From an uncultured Planctomycetia bacterium (GTDB lineage Bacteria; Omnitrophota; Gorgyraeia; VGKH01; JBHPFN01): a stretch of 64,000 nt of DNA. Location of the stretch: the NCBI GenBank assembly GCA_964406665.1, contig CAYOSQ010000001.1, positions 135,412-199,411 of the forward strand, read 5' to 3'. Below the pieces are notes generated by a model, which saw only the letters and a program-made list of their open reading frames with translations, had not been told where the DNA came from and did not search any database. Made by a program: the position numbers and the translations under genes. Shown piece after piece: positions 1-9,778 of the stretch (position 1 is the first letter of the stretch; the number at the start of each line of letters is the position of its first letter).

Positions 1-1
1 G

Positions 2-952
2 GAGAATATCGATCTTCTCTCAGGTCCGGGGTGTCCGGTATGTGTCTCCTCGCAAGATTATATAGATAAAGCAATAGAATATTCAAAGCTAAAGGATGTA
101 ATTTTAACTACATTTGGAGACATGATAAGAGTGCCAGGAACAAATACTTCTTTAGAGAAACAAAGAGCTGAGGGTTCTGATGTTCGCATAGTATATTCTC
201 CTTTGGATTCTTTGGATATAGCTTCAAAAAATAAAGAGAAGAAAGTAATATTTTTAGCAGTAGGTTTTGAGACAACCATTCCTATAGTAGCATTAACTAT
301 ATTGCAGGCGAAAAAGATGGGCTTGAAGAATTTTTCTGTTTTTTGCTCCCATAAACTTATTCCTCCGGCGATGAAGGTTTTATTAGCTGACGAAAGGTTA
401 AATATACAAGGTTTTATATGTCCGGGACATGTAAGTACAATTATAGGTGCTCAAGCTTATAAATTTGTTGCCAGAAAATTCCACATACCTTGTGTTGTCG
501 CCGGGTTTGAGCCGATAGATATGCTTAAGGGAATTTATATGTTGGTTAAGCTAATATTAAAACAGAAGGCACAGGTCGAAATCCAATATAAAAGGGTGGT
601 AAGGCAGAAAGGAAATCCTAAAGCACTTAAAATAATATCCGATGTTTTTAAAGTCGCAGATGTCCAATGGCGGGGTTTAGGGATTCTCCCTAGAAGTGGA
701 TTAGTTGTTAAAGATAAATTTTCTGCTTTTGATGCTGAGAAAGTTATGCCTTTAAAGAAGATAGTTGTTAAGAAGACTAAATCTCAAGAAAGATGTCTCT
801 GCGGAGAGGTTTTAAAAGGTATCATTAAGCCAACTCAATGCCCCAATTTTGGCAAACAATGTAAGCCCTCTTTTCCTCTTGGGCCTTGCATGGTTTCATT
901 TGAAGGAGCATGCTCAGTATATTACAAATTTGGCAACAGGCGTTCATTTTGA
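2..952 (+). CDS. hypD: Hydrogenase maturation factor HypD (5'-partial; continues upstream of window)
   Basis: Frame-2 translation from nt 2 gives ENIDLLSGPGCPVCVSS, matching the HypD GPGCPVC motif. Downstream CPGH and the C-terminal Cys cluster (CLCGEVL, CPNFGKQC) are present. No start codon within the window. Confidence 0.85.
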   Translation, partial: ENIDLLSGPGCPVCVSSQDYIDKAIEYSKLKDVILTTFGDMIRVPGTNTSLEKQRAEGSDVRIVYSPLDSLDIASKNKEKKVIFLAVGFETTIPIVALTILQAKKMGLKNFSVFCSHKLIPPAMKVLLADERLNIQGFICPGHVSTIIGAQAYKFVARKFHIPCVVAGFEPIDMLKGIYMLVKLILKQKAQVEIQYKRVVRQKGNPKALKIISDVFKVADVQWRGLGILPRSGLVVKDKFSAFDAEKVMPLKKIVVKKTKSQERCLCGEVLKGIIKPTQCPNFGKQCKPSFPLGPCMVSFEGACSVYYKFGNRRSF

Positions 953-1006
953 TTGATTTATCTAAGGCAAAGTGCTAGAATTACTTAATAAACAAGGAGG
1001 ATTATT

Positions 1007-1492
1007 ATGGACGAGATATTAGAGATTTTAGAAAATGATGCTCGCATAACAGCAAAAGAAATAGCTACGATGACTGGCAAGTCCGTTGCTACTATAAAAA
1101 AAGCAATAAAAAAGCATGAGAAAGACGGAGTAATACTTAAATATAAAACCGTGATTAATAAAGAGCTTATACAGGAACAGCAGCAAATGGTTAGGGCGTT
1201 AATTGAGGTTAATGTTGCTCCTCAGAAGGATGTTGGCTTTGATTATCTTGCAGAGAGAATTTATCAGTTTCCTGAGGTCAACAGCTGTTATCTAGTTTCA
1301 GGTAGTTATGATCTCTTATTAATCGTTGAAGGTAAAGACATTAATACTGTAGCGAACTTTGTTTCTGCAAAGCTTGCTCCTATGGAAAATGTACGAGGCA
1401 CTACAACGCATTTTCTTTTGCAGAAATATAAAGAGGATAACCAGATTTTAAAAAAGAAGGATAGGCGTAAACGACTAGCAATATCGTATTAA
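1007..1492 (+). CDS. Lrp/AsnC family transcriptional regulator (HTH plus RAM domain)
   Basis: 161 aa with an N-terminal HTH (ARITAKEIATMTGKSVATI) and a C-terminal RAM-like fold. AGGAGG RBS lies 8 nt upstream. It sits directly upstream of an aminotransferase gene, the usual Lrp arrangement. Confidence 0.8.
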   Translation: MDEILEILENDARITAKEIATMTGKSVATIKKAIKKHEKDGVILKYKTVINKELIQEQQQMVRALIEVNVAPQKDVGFDYLAERIYQFPEVNSCYLVSGSYDLLLIVEGKDINTVANFVSAKLAPMENVRGTTTHFLLQKYKEDNQILKKKDRRKRLAISY

Positions 1493-1496
1493 AAAA

Positions 1497-2645
1497 ATGA
1501 AGATATCAAAACGTGTTGAACAAATGAAGCCCTCAGGTATTAGGGCATTTTTTGACCTTGTTTTAGGGATGAAAGATGTTGTGTCTCTAGGAGTAGGAGA
1601 GCCGGACTTTGTCACTCCCTGGAACATACGAGAAACAGCGATTTATTCTTTGGAGCAAGGGCTTACATCGTACACATCCAATAAGGGCATGATTGAGCTG
1701 AGAAAACAAATAGCTCATTTCTTAAAACAAAGATACGGTTTAAACTATGATCCTGAGGAAGAAATTCTGATAACTGTAGGCGTAAGCGAGGCATACGATT
1801 TGGTAATGCGCTCAATAATAAATTCTAACGATAGCATTTTAGTTCCGGAGCCGTCATATGTATCATATTATCCGCTTGTTTCTTTAACAGGGGGAAAACC
1901 GGTTTATGTAAAAACCAATATAGGAGATGGGTTTAAACTTAAACCGAAGCGCATTCATGATCTTTGCTCCAAAAATACCGTAGGACTTGTTATTAATTAT
2001 CCGGCAAACCCGACGGGAACATCTTATACCAAAGATGAGTTACGTGAAATAGCTAAAATCGCAATAAAAAAAGATTTAGTTGTTATTAGCGATGAAGTTT
2101 ATGACGAGTTGACCTACGACTATAGACACACTCCGCTTGCAACACTTAAGGGAATGAAATCCAGAACAGTTTATTTAAACGGATTTTCTAAATCATACGC
2201 TATGACAGGATTCAGAATTGGCTATGCTTGTGGACCTAAAAAAATAATACAAGCTATGACAAAGATTCATCAATATACCATGCTCTGTGCATCTATTACT
2301 GCTCAGATTGCAGCACGGGAAGCTCTAAGAAATAGCATGAAATCTGTCGAACAAATGAAGAAAGAATACCGCAGAAGAAGAGAGTTTGTTGTTGATGGAC
2401 TTAACAAGCTTGGGCTTTCTTGCAGAAAACCAGAGGGCGCTTTCTATGTTTTTCCTTCGATAAAAAACACAGGCTATAATTCTTTGGATTTTGCAGAAGA
2501 GTTGCTTAAGAAAAAAAAGGTTGCTTTGGTGCCAGGTACAGCATTTGGACCTTCGGGGGAAGGACATGTGCGCATTGCATTTGCTTCAAGCTTCGACAAC
2601 CTCAAAGAAGCTTTGCAGCGCACAGCTGAGTTTTTAAAAAGATAG
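1497..2645 (+). CDS. Class I/II PLP-dependent aminotransferase (aspartate/aromatic family)
   Basis: NPTGT motif and the SKSYAMTGFRIGY PLP-lysine region. 382 aa is a typical length. Confidence 0.85.
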   Translation: MKISKRVEQMKPSGIRAFFDLVLGMKDVVSLGVGEPDFVTPWNIRETAIYSLEQGLTSYTSNKGMIELRKQIAHFLKQRYGLNYDPEEEILITVGVSEAYDLVMRSIINSNDSILVPEPSYVSYYPLVSLTGGKPVYVKTNIGDGFKLKPKRIHDLCSKNTVGLVINYPANPTGTSYTKDELREIAKIAIKKDLVVISDEVYDELTYDYRHTPLATLKGMKSRTVYLNGFSKSYAMTGFRIGYACGPKKIIQAMTKIHQYTMLCASITAQIAAREALRNSMKSVEQMKKEYRRRREFVVDGLNKLGLSCRKPEGAFYVFPSIKNTGYNSLDFAEELLKKKKVALVPGTAFGPSGEGHVRIAFASSFDNLKEALQRTAEFLKR

Positions 2646-2689
2646 CACATGAATCTCTTCTTTGTAATATTGGGGATAAAGTTGATTAG

Positions 2690-3079
2690 ATGAGTAAGTC
2701 TAGTAAGCAGAAAAAAGATCTCGATTTCGAAATTTCATTTTACGAAAATATCTTAAAAAGAACGCCTGAGTTTTCCGAGGCACTTATTGCATTGGGCGAT
2801 GCTTATACAAAAAAAGGTTTTTATGTCAAGGGTCTGGAAGTAGATAAGAAGCTGTCTATTCTTAAGCCTGAAGACCCTATCATTTTTTACAATCTTGCCT
2901 GCAGTTTTTCTTTGTTGCGTGATATAGAAAAGTCACTGGATGCCCTTCAAAAAGCAGTTCTGTTGGGCTATGATGATTTTGTTTATATGCAAAAGGATAC
3001 AGATTTAGATAATGTGCGCTCAGATGTTAGATTTAAAGAAAAGATTTTAAAGTTTAAGCCACCGATTGCCAAGAAGTAA
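2690..3079 (+). CDS. TPR-repeat protein
   Basis: Short helical repeats (ALIALGDAYTKKGFY, YNLACSFSLL). No catalytic motifs. Confidence 0.45.
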   Translation: MSKSSKQKKDLDFEISFYENILKRTPEFSEALIALGDAYTKKGFYVKGLEVDKKLSILKPEDPIIFYNLACSFSLLRDIEKSLDALQKAVLLGYDDFVYMQKDTDLDNVRSDVRFKEKILKFKPPIAKK

Positions 3080-3098
3080 CAAAATCCCTTCATAATAT

Positions 3099-4202
3099 AT
3101 GGATATCAATAAGAACCCAAAGAAATATCACAGGATAAAAAATTTACTTTCGTTCCTGGATATCATCTTACAGGGTTCAATTTTATTGATAATTACGTTA
3201 TCCGGATTCTCTCTTTTCTTGAAAAATCAGGTGTCTGGAGTGTTTGAGAACTTTTATTTAGTTGTTGCCGGATATATCTTTTTGCTTGCGACAATTTTTT
3301 ATTTTATTACATTGCCAATAAGCTTTTTTGAAAACTATTATTTAGAACATCAATATAATCTTTCAAATCAAAAAATAACAAGCTGGTTTAAAGATAGTCT
3401 AAAAGAAACTATCATTGGATTATTGATTTTGCTAATCTGTGGAGAGTTTGTCTATTTTATCTTACGTAATTTTTCGGAGATTTGGTGGATTTTTGCCGGA
3501 TTTTTCTGGATATTTATAAGTGTAGTGTTGGCAAAAATTACCCCAACGTTGTTGATACCGTTATTCTATAAGTATATTCCTTTGGAAAAAGAAGAGCTGA
3601 AGGATAAAATTTTAAAATTGTTCAATACGCGTAAAGTTAAGATTAAAGATGTATATGTAATTAAATTTTCGGAGAAAACTAAAAAAGCTAATGCCATGGT
3701 TTGCGGTTTTAGTAAAAACCGTAGGGTAATTTTAACCGACACGCTTATTAATAGTTTTTCCGACGAGGAGATTGAGCAAGTCGTTGCCCATGAACTAGGC
3801 CATTATTGTGGTAGAGACATAACGAAGTTACTTTTTTTAAATTCAGTATGTTGTTTCCTGGCATTTTTTGTTGCTGATAAGGTTATAAGCACAACAGCTT
3901 TAAGATTCGGTTTTAGCGGTTTAGATGATATTGCCTTTTTTCCGATTTTGCTGTTGAGTCTCGTTGGAGTTGCTTTTTTGCTTTTACCTTTTCGTAACTG
4001 CTTTTCCAGATTTTTAGAGAAACGAGCGGATTTGTTTAGTTTGCAACTTACCAAAAACTCCCCAGCATTTATATCAGCCATGAATAAATTAGGTAGTTTG
4101 AACCTTGCAGATTTTAAGCCTTCTATTTTAGTAGAAATTTTTCTCTACAATCATCCTCCGATTGGAAAGAGGATTAAATATGCAAAAGAATTTAAAATAT
4201 GA
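3099..4202 (+). CDS. M48-family (Ste24/HtpX-like) integral-membrane zinc metalloprotease
   Basis: Multi-TM N-terminus, HELGH zinc motif (VVAHELGHY), downstream glutamate (EKRAD) and the C-terminal NHPPIGKRI motif typical of M48. Confidence 0.7.
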   Translation: MDINKNPKKYHRIKNLLSFLDIILQGSILLIITLSGFSLFLKNQVSGVFENFYLVVAGYIFLLATIFYFITLPISFFENYYLEHQYNLSNQKITSWFKDSLKETIIGLLILLICGEFVYFILRNFSEIWWIFAGFFWIFISVVLAKITPTLLIPLFYKYIPLEKEELKDKILKLFNTRKVKIKDVYVIKFSEKTKKANAMVCGFSKNRRVILTDTLINSFSDEEIEQVVAHELGHYCGRDITKLLFLNSVCCFLAFFVADKVISTTALRFGFSGLDDIAFFPILLLSLVGVAFLLLPFRNCFSRFLEKRADLFSLQLTKNSPAFISAMNKLGSLNLADFKPSILVEIFLYNHPPIGKRIKYAKEFKI

Positions 4203-6151
4203 AAAAGAGAAAAAAACATATTAATTCGGATCGGCGCAAATATCTAAGACTTAAGAGTGTTTTTCCTGTTGAGTTTAGGATTATGTCAGATAAGGATGAA
4301 CCATGGCAACAGGGGTTTACTTCTGATATAAGCAAAGGAGGTATTTGTCTAAAAGTTAACAACGTAGATGATAAATGGTTTTCTCAGCTTCAAGAAAAAG
4401 GTGTGGATATATCTTTACAGATAAATATTCCTATGTCTGCCGCAGCTACGCGTGCGGTTGCAAAAATTGTCTGGGTTAAGAAGGTCAAAGTAGGTGCTCT
4501 AAATCAATGTTTAATGGGCTTAGAATTTTCAAAGATAGATTCAGGAAATATTAACGGTATTGTACGCTATGGTCGCTGGATGGTGTATTCTGGTAAGGTT
4601 GCCGTAATAGCAATCTTGTTTTTGGCAACTTTAGCAGGTAGCATATTTCTAAATAATCAAAAGATGAGAAAAGAAAATGAAACATTAGTCGAAAAGTTAG
4701 TTGATAGCGCTAAAGAGGAATCAAAAATAAACAAACAGTTAGAAATTTTAACTGAAAGCAATAACGAAGCAGCAGTTCAGATTGAATCTTATTTAAGTAA
4801 AGTATCTAATTTGGAGATTAGAATTAATGAAGTAAAAACGCAAAAAGATAAAGACATGCTTAAGCAATTAGATAGTTTGAAAAAAGAGCTAGCTATCGCT
4901 GAAGAAAAAAAAGAAACCTTAGAGTTAAAATTAGCAGGTTCTAAACAAAGAAAAGAGTTAATTGATAAGGTTTTATTTTCTATAAAGGAGGAAAAGAAAG
5001 ATTTGCGGAAGGCTATGATTGATAAAATGTATAATTGGCTTGTTGTTCATCAAAACCCTCGTACTGGATTAATAATCAGCTATGAGGGGGATAGGCGTCT
5101 TCGGGACTGGGCATTCATTTATGATCAAGCCTTGGCCTCTCAGGCGTATATTCTATTCGGTGATTATGATCATGCTGAGAAGGCGTTCAATTTTTTCTTA
5201 AGACAATCGCATAAACAAGGACAGTTTTCTGGTTTTGCCAATGCCTACTATGCTTCTACAAGTAACGTAGCAGAACATGCTGTACATTGTGGTCCAAATA
5301 TTTGGCTGGGGATATCTTTGCTTCATTATCAGAGAGCAACCTTAGATGCCACGTATCTTCCTTTGGCTAAGAAAATTGCTGACTGGCTTATCAGGATACA
5401 AGAGCAAGATCCTTCTGGAGGTTTACGCGGAGGTCCTTCAGTTAACTGGTTTGCAACTGAGCATAACCTGGATGGCTATGCATTCTTTAACATGTTATTT
5501 GAGATAACAAATGAGGCCAAATACAAAATAGCTAGAGATAAAATCCTAAGCTGGTTGATTACCCATGCTTATGACCGCAAAGAAATTCCGATTAACCGTG
5601 GTAAAGGAGATTCTACCGTAGCAACTGATACATATGCCTGGTCAATTGCAGCTATAGGACCTAAGAAGCTCAAGAGAATAAAGATGGACCCAGATGAAAT
5701 TATGGCGTTTGCAGAAGATAATTGTGGTGTTTTTGTAGAATATGAAAGACCTAACGGAGAAAAGGTTGATGTTGAGGGTTTTGATTTTGCCAAATATCGT
5801 AATATGCCCCGGGGTGGAGTCATCTCTTCCGAGTGGACCGCACAGATGGTATTATCTTTTAAGATAATGCAAGAATATCATTTGAACCAGAATAATTTTG
5901 ATAAAAGTGTTTATTATTCTAAAAAGTATACCCATTTCTTAAATGAACTTGAAAAGCTACTTATTTCATCGTCTTCTCCGACGGGTCAAGGGGAAGGATG
6001 TCTTCCTTACGCAACCGAGGATAATGTAGATACCGGTCATGGGTGGAGAACGCCTCAGGGTCGTACCACTGGTTCGGTCGCCGGAACAACGTATACAATA
6101 TTTGCTCAGAAAGGTTTTAATCCGTTAAAGTTTTCTAAAGATGAAAAGTAG
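4199..6151 (+). CDS. PilZ-domain c-di-GMP receptor fused to TM helix, long coiled coil and a C-terminal alpha/alpha-toroid (glycoside-hydrolase-like) domain
   Basis: N-terminus carries both PilZ signatures, RRKYLR (RxxxR) and DISKGG (DxSxGG). A hydrophobic helix (VAVIAILFLATLAGSIFL) follows, then about 150 aa of heptad-rich coiled coil and a roughly 370 aa Trp/Tyr-rich domain. Start overlaps the upstream gene's stop (ATGA). Confidence 0.75.
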   Translation: MKKRKKHINSDRRKYLRLKSVFPVEFRIMSDKDEPWQQGFTSDISKGGICLKVNNVDDKWFSQLQEKGVDISLQINIPMSAAATRAVAKIVWVKKVKVGALNQCLMGLEFSKIDSGNINGIVRYGRWMVYSGKVAVIAILFLATLAGSIFLNNQKMRKENETLVEKLVDSAKEESKINKQLEILTESNNEAAVQIESYLSKVSNLEIRINEVKTQKDKDMLKQLDSLKKELAIAEEKKETLELKLAGSKQRKELIDKVLFSIKEEKKDLRKAMIDKMYNWLVVHQNPRTGLIISYEGDRRLRDWAFIYDQALASQAYILFGDYDHAEKAFNFFLRQSHKQGQFSGFANAYYASTSNVAEHAVHCGPNIWLGISLLHYQRATLDATYLPLAKKIADWLIRIQEQDPSGGLRGGPSVNWFATEHNLDGYAFFNMLFEITNEAKYKIARDKILSWLITHAYDRKEIPINRGKGDSTVATDTYAWSIAAIGPKKLKRIKMDPDEIMAFAEDNCGVFVEYERPNGEKVDVEGFDFAKYRNMPRGGVISSEWTAQMVLSFKIMQEYHLNQNNFDKSVYYSKKYTHFLNELEKLLISSSSPTGQGEGCLPYATEDNVDTGHGWRTPQGRTTGSVAGTTYTIFAQKGFNPLKFSKDEK

Positions 6152-8972
6152 AATCAGAATATATTATCATTTTCAATTGTTTGGTTTGATCATAGCCGCT
6201 GTTATGTTTTTTTATTCATATGCATATGCTTATAAACAGCCGCATTATATTATTGACGCCACCTTAGATGTTTCCAAGCATGTTCTTCAGGCCAAGGAAA
6301 GGGTAACATTTACCAATAATATTGACAGAGAAATCAAAGAAGTATTCTTTCATATTTATCCCAATCGGAAATTTACTGATAAAGAAAAAGATTTTATGTT
6401 GCGTTACGGTGGATACTTCAAGGTGAATCTATATCCTGAAGGTTTTCAGAGTTCTAGCATGACAATTGATTCTATTAAAGAAAATGGAAAACACCTAGAT
6501 TTTGAGATTATTTCTGAAGATGAAACTATTTTGCGAATTGGCTTACCCCAGTCATTATCTAAGGGGAAGTCGGTTGACTTAGACATAGAGTTTTCAGTGG
6601 TTTTGCCTCATGCATATGGTAGGTTGGGTTGGAATGATAATGTAATTAGTCTTATGCGTTGGTATCCCATTCTTTCGGTTTTAGACGAGGAAGGATGGCA
6701 CAATTATCCTTTTTATCCTTATCATCAGCCATTTTTCTCTGATTCCGCCCGGTATCAAGTAAACTTAACAATTGCCAAAAATTATGTGGTTGCACATACA
6801 GGAAGCGTGCAGGAAGAATTTATAAATTCCGACGAAACAAAAACTATTAAAATAGATTCACAGCTGCCTGTGCGGGATTTTGCTCTTGCCGCCAGTCCTG
6901 ATTTCCGCATATTTTCACTAGAGCATAATGATGTAGAAATAAGATCATACTATTTGCCTGGAGATGATTTCCTTGGAAAAAAAGCAGCTGAGTTTTCTTT
7001 GGCTTTGATGGAATATTATGCTGACCGCTTTATTGATTATCCTTACAAGACATTTTCTATAGCTTCTACCTATCTAGGTTATGGAGGAAATCAATCTTCA
7101 GGAATTATTTTTATCGACACTCGAGTTAACAAACTTCCTAAATTCCTTCTACGATATTTTGATTTTCTTATTTCTCACGAGACAGGGCATCAATGGTTTT
7201 ATAATTTGGTAGGCTCTGATGAATATAAAGAGATGTGGATAGATGAGGGCATCAACTCTTATTTTATTTCAGAGTATTTAGAAGATAAATACGGTCCTGA
7301 TGCCCAAGTTATGATTTTACCTAAATGGCTTCAGCCCTTCGTTCCAAATTTTTCTTTTAAAAGTGGTAGAATCGTACGTTATTTTTACCTGGCTAAAAGA
7401 GGATTAGACAGGCCTATCTTAGGAAAGCTTTCTAGTTTTAAAGAACCAAGCAGCATTTTTGCTTTGGCTTACGGAAAAGGTTCTATTGTAATTGAGATGT
7501 TGCATTCTTTAGTTGGTGAAGAAGCTTTTGCAAGAATAATGAAACAATATTTTAATAAATATACTTTCAAAAATATTTCTGTTTCTGATTTTATCAGGAT
7601 TTGTGAAAAAGAAAGCGGTAAAGACTTAGATTGGTTTTTCGATCAGTGGCTTAATACAGATAAGACGTGCGACTATGCTGTTAATAAAGTAAATAAAAAC
7701 AAAGTTGTTTTAGAAAATCGCGGTGAGATAATTATGCCGGTTAAAACGGAAATTTATTTTTCTGATGGTTCAGTTTTGAAAGATTCTTGGAACGGAGAAG
7801 GAGAAAGTAAGGAAATAGAAATTTTAGAAACTAGTCGTATAGAAAAGATTGTGGTCGATCCTGATAAGGCGATGTTGGATTTAGATAGGACTAATAATTT
7901 TTGGCCACGCTTGTTTGAAACCAAAGCAGTTCCGCTTTACTACGCTGTATACGAAATCCCTGTAGTTTTACCTGAAGATTCATATAGCTTTATTTATGGT
8001 CCGGAATTTATGAAAAATAGTGTAGGTATGCGCGTGAGCTTGCAAAAGCCTTACGATAATAATTTAAGTCTATTTACCGGATATGATCTTAATTCCAGCG
8101 TAATAAAATCAGTACTGGGATTTGAACAGAGAAACTTATTTAATAAACAACTTGCCGGTGGAATTGAATTTTTCAGAGACGAAGATTTAAGTGGTAAAAA
8201 AGAGGATTTAGATGGCGGCAAAATTTATTTGCGACGAGAACTTTGGCCAGCAGCCTATGGATTAACAGAGGTCAACGATCACATTACTTTTTATCTTTTG
8301 CGTAACCGAAAATTTGAAGGAAGTTTTATTGCATCAGGCAGAGAGGATCAGGAAGATATTTCGTATTCTAGAAAAGATGAAGCCATTACAGGAATTGATT
8401 TTAGCTTAGATAGATCCGGACCGTATTTTGATCCCGATTCCGGATACAGAGCTAAAGTTACCTTAGAACATGCAGGACATTTTTTAGGTGGAAAAGAATC
8501 GTTTTCCAGAGGGACAGTTGATTTCACAGGATATCATGGATTTTTGCCAGAGCAAAAACTTGCACTGCATCTTAAGAGCGGATGGGGTTTTCCTTCGGAC
8601 AAAAATCTGTTTGAATTAGGCGGCGACGAAAGTTTAAGAGGGTATGGCCGCAAGGCAATGCGCGGATCCCGTTTTTTCTTAGGAAGCCTGGAATACCGCT
8701 TTCCTTTAATTAGACAAACAAATTTGCGTTTATTAGATAATATAATTTCCATTTCTGCTTTTCAAGGCGTTGCTTTTTTTGACGCTGGTAGAATATGGCA
8801 TGGAGATGTAGAAAAAAGTAATATTAAAAAAGATGCTGGTTTAGGTTTAAGGGTTCATGTTGATATTGGTTCTTATTTAGAGAAGCTTATTTTGCGAATT
8901 GATGTTGCCCAGGCGATTAATGAACCCAAAGAAGACCCGCATGTGTGGTTTGGAATAAGTCACGCATTTTAA
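6141..8972 (+). CDS. Fusion protein: M1-family (gluzincin) metallopeptidase domain plus C-terminal Omp85/D15-type outer-membrane beta-barrel
   Basis: Signal-peptide-like N-terminus. HETGH-X18-E (HETGHQWFYNLVGSDEYKEMWIDEG) is the exact M1 HEXXH-X18-E signature. The C-terminal 300 aa has alternating beta-strand character (LRGYGRKAMRGSRFFLGSLEYRFPL) and ends in ...GISHAF with a terminal Phe, typical of Omp85/BamA-family barrels. Confidence 0.7.
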   Translation: MKSRIRIYYHFQLFGLIIAAVMFFYSYAYAYKQPHYIIDATLDVSKHVLQAKERVTFTNNIDREIKEVFFHIYPNRKFTDKEKDFMLRYGGYFKVNLYPEGFQSSSMTIDSIKENGKHLDFEIISEDETILRIGLPQSLSKGKSVDLDIEFSVVLPHAYGRLGWNDNVISLMRWYPILSVLDEEGWHNYPFYPYHQPFFSDSARYQVNLTIAKNYVVAHTGSVQEEFINSDETKTIKIDSQLPVRDFALAASPDFRIFSLEHNDVEIRSYYLPGDDFLGKKAAEFSLALMEYYADRFIDYPYKTFSIASTYLGYGGNQSSGIIFIDTRVNKLPKFLLRYFDFLISHETGHQWFYNLVGSDEYKEMWIDEGINSYFISEYLEDKYGPDAQVMILPKWLQPFVPNFSFKSGRIVRYFYLAKRGLDRPILGKLSSFKEPSSIFALAYGKGSIVIEMLHSLVGEEAFARIMKQYFNKYTFKNISVSDFIRICEKESGKDLDWFFDQWLNTDKTCDYAVNKVNKNKVVLENRGEIIMPVKTEIYFSDGSVLKDSWNGEGESKEIEILETSRIEKIVVDPDKAMLDLDRTNNFWPRLFETKAVPLYYAVYEIPVVLPEDSYSFIYGPEFMKNSVGMRVSLQKPYDNNLSLFTGYDLNSSVIKSVLGFEQRNLFNKQLAGGIEFFRDEDLSGKKEDLDGGKIYLRRELWPAAYGLTEVNDHITFYLLRNRKFEGSFIASGREDQEDISYSRKDEAITGIDFSLDRSGPYFDPDSGYRAKVTLEHAGHFLGGKESFSRGTVDFTGYHGFLPEQKLALHLKSGWGFPSDKNLFELGGDESLRGYGRKAMRGSRFFLGSLEYRFPLIRQTNLRLLDNIISISAFQGVAFFDAGRIWHGDVEKSNIKKDAGLGLRVHVDIGSYLEKLILRIDVAQAINEPKEDPHVWFGISHAF

Positions 8973-8991
8973 ATAAGAGGAGGATTGAGCA

Positions 8992-9524
8992 ATATGGATG
9001 TTATGGAGGCAATAAAGAAAAGGAAGAGTGTAAGAAGTTATTTAGATAAACCAGTTGATCAGAAGAAGCTAGATCTTATTTTAGAAGCTGCTCGTCTTGC
9101 ACCTTCTGCTGGCAACAGGCAGGAATGGCGTTTAGTAGTGGTCAAAGATAAAGCATTACGCAAGAAGCTTATGGGTGCGGCAAAGGATCAGCCTTTTGTG
9201 GGACAGGCCCCTGTGGTGATTGCTTGTTGTGCCCAGACCGACGGGCATATTATGACCTGCGGGCAGGCGTGTTATCCTATAGATGTAGCTATTGCAATAG
9301 ATCACATGACTTTAAAAGCCTCGGAAGAAGGTTTGGGTACTTGCTGGGTAGGGGCTTTTCATGAGGATGCTGTAAAAGAAGTTTTAGGAATTCCCCGGGA
9401 GATTAAGGTTGTGGAACTTCTAACATTAGGTTATGCTGTTGATGAAACTACAGCAGAGAAGAATAGGCTGCCAATGGATGAAGTTGTTGCATATGATTCC
9501 TGGAAGAAGAAAGACAAACAATGA
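8992..9524 (+). CDS. Nitroreductase family protein
   Basis: KRKSVRSY ... APSAGNRQEWR matches the nitroreductase FMN-binding N-terminus. AGGAGGA RBS sits 9 nt upstream of the ATG at 8992. The ORF track's 8985 start is a non-ATG alternative. Confidence 0.8.
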
Positions 9525-9778
9525 TTAAAACTATCGGATTGTTTGCTTCAGTAATTTTACCCTTATGGAATATTCCTTTGATCTTAAGGGTAATCAAAAG
9601 ACGTTCGTCTGCTGATATCAGTCTTTGGTGGGCTAACGGAGTATGGATATGCCTTGTTTTATTATTGCCGTCAGGGATCACTTCTGAAGATATCGTGTGG
9701 AAGACATTTACAATCGCTAATTTTATTTTGTTTAGTGCAGTTATTGCAGTAGTTTGGGCTTATCATAAAAAGACATGA
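9521..9778 (+). CDS. SemiSWEET-like PQ-loop sugar transporter (3-TM, 85 aa)
   Basis: 85 aa with three predicted TM helices. IPLILRVIKRRSSADIS resembles the PQ-loop/TM1-loop of bacterial SemiSWEETs of the same length. Translationally coupled to both neighbours. Confidence 0.5.
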   Translation: MIKTIGLFASVILPLWNIPLILRVIKRRSSADISLWWANGVWICLVLLLPSGITSEDIVWKTFTIANFILFSAVIAVVWAYHKKT

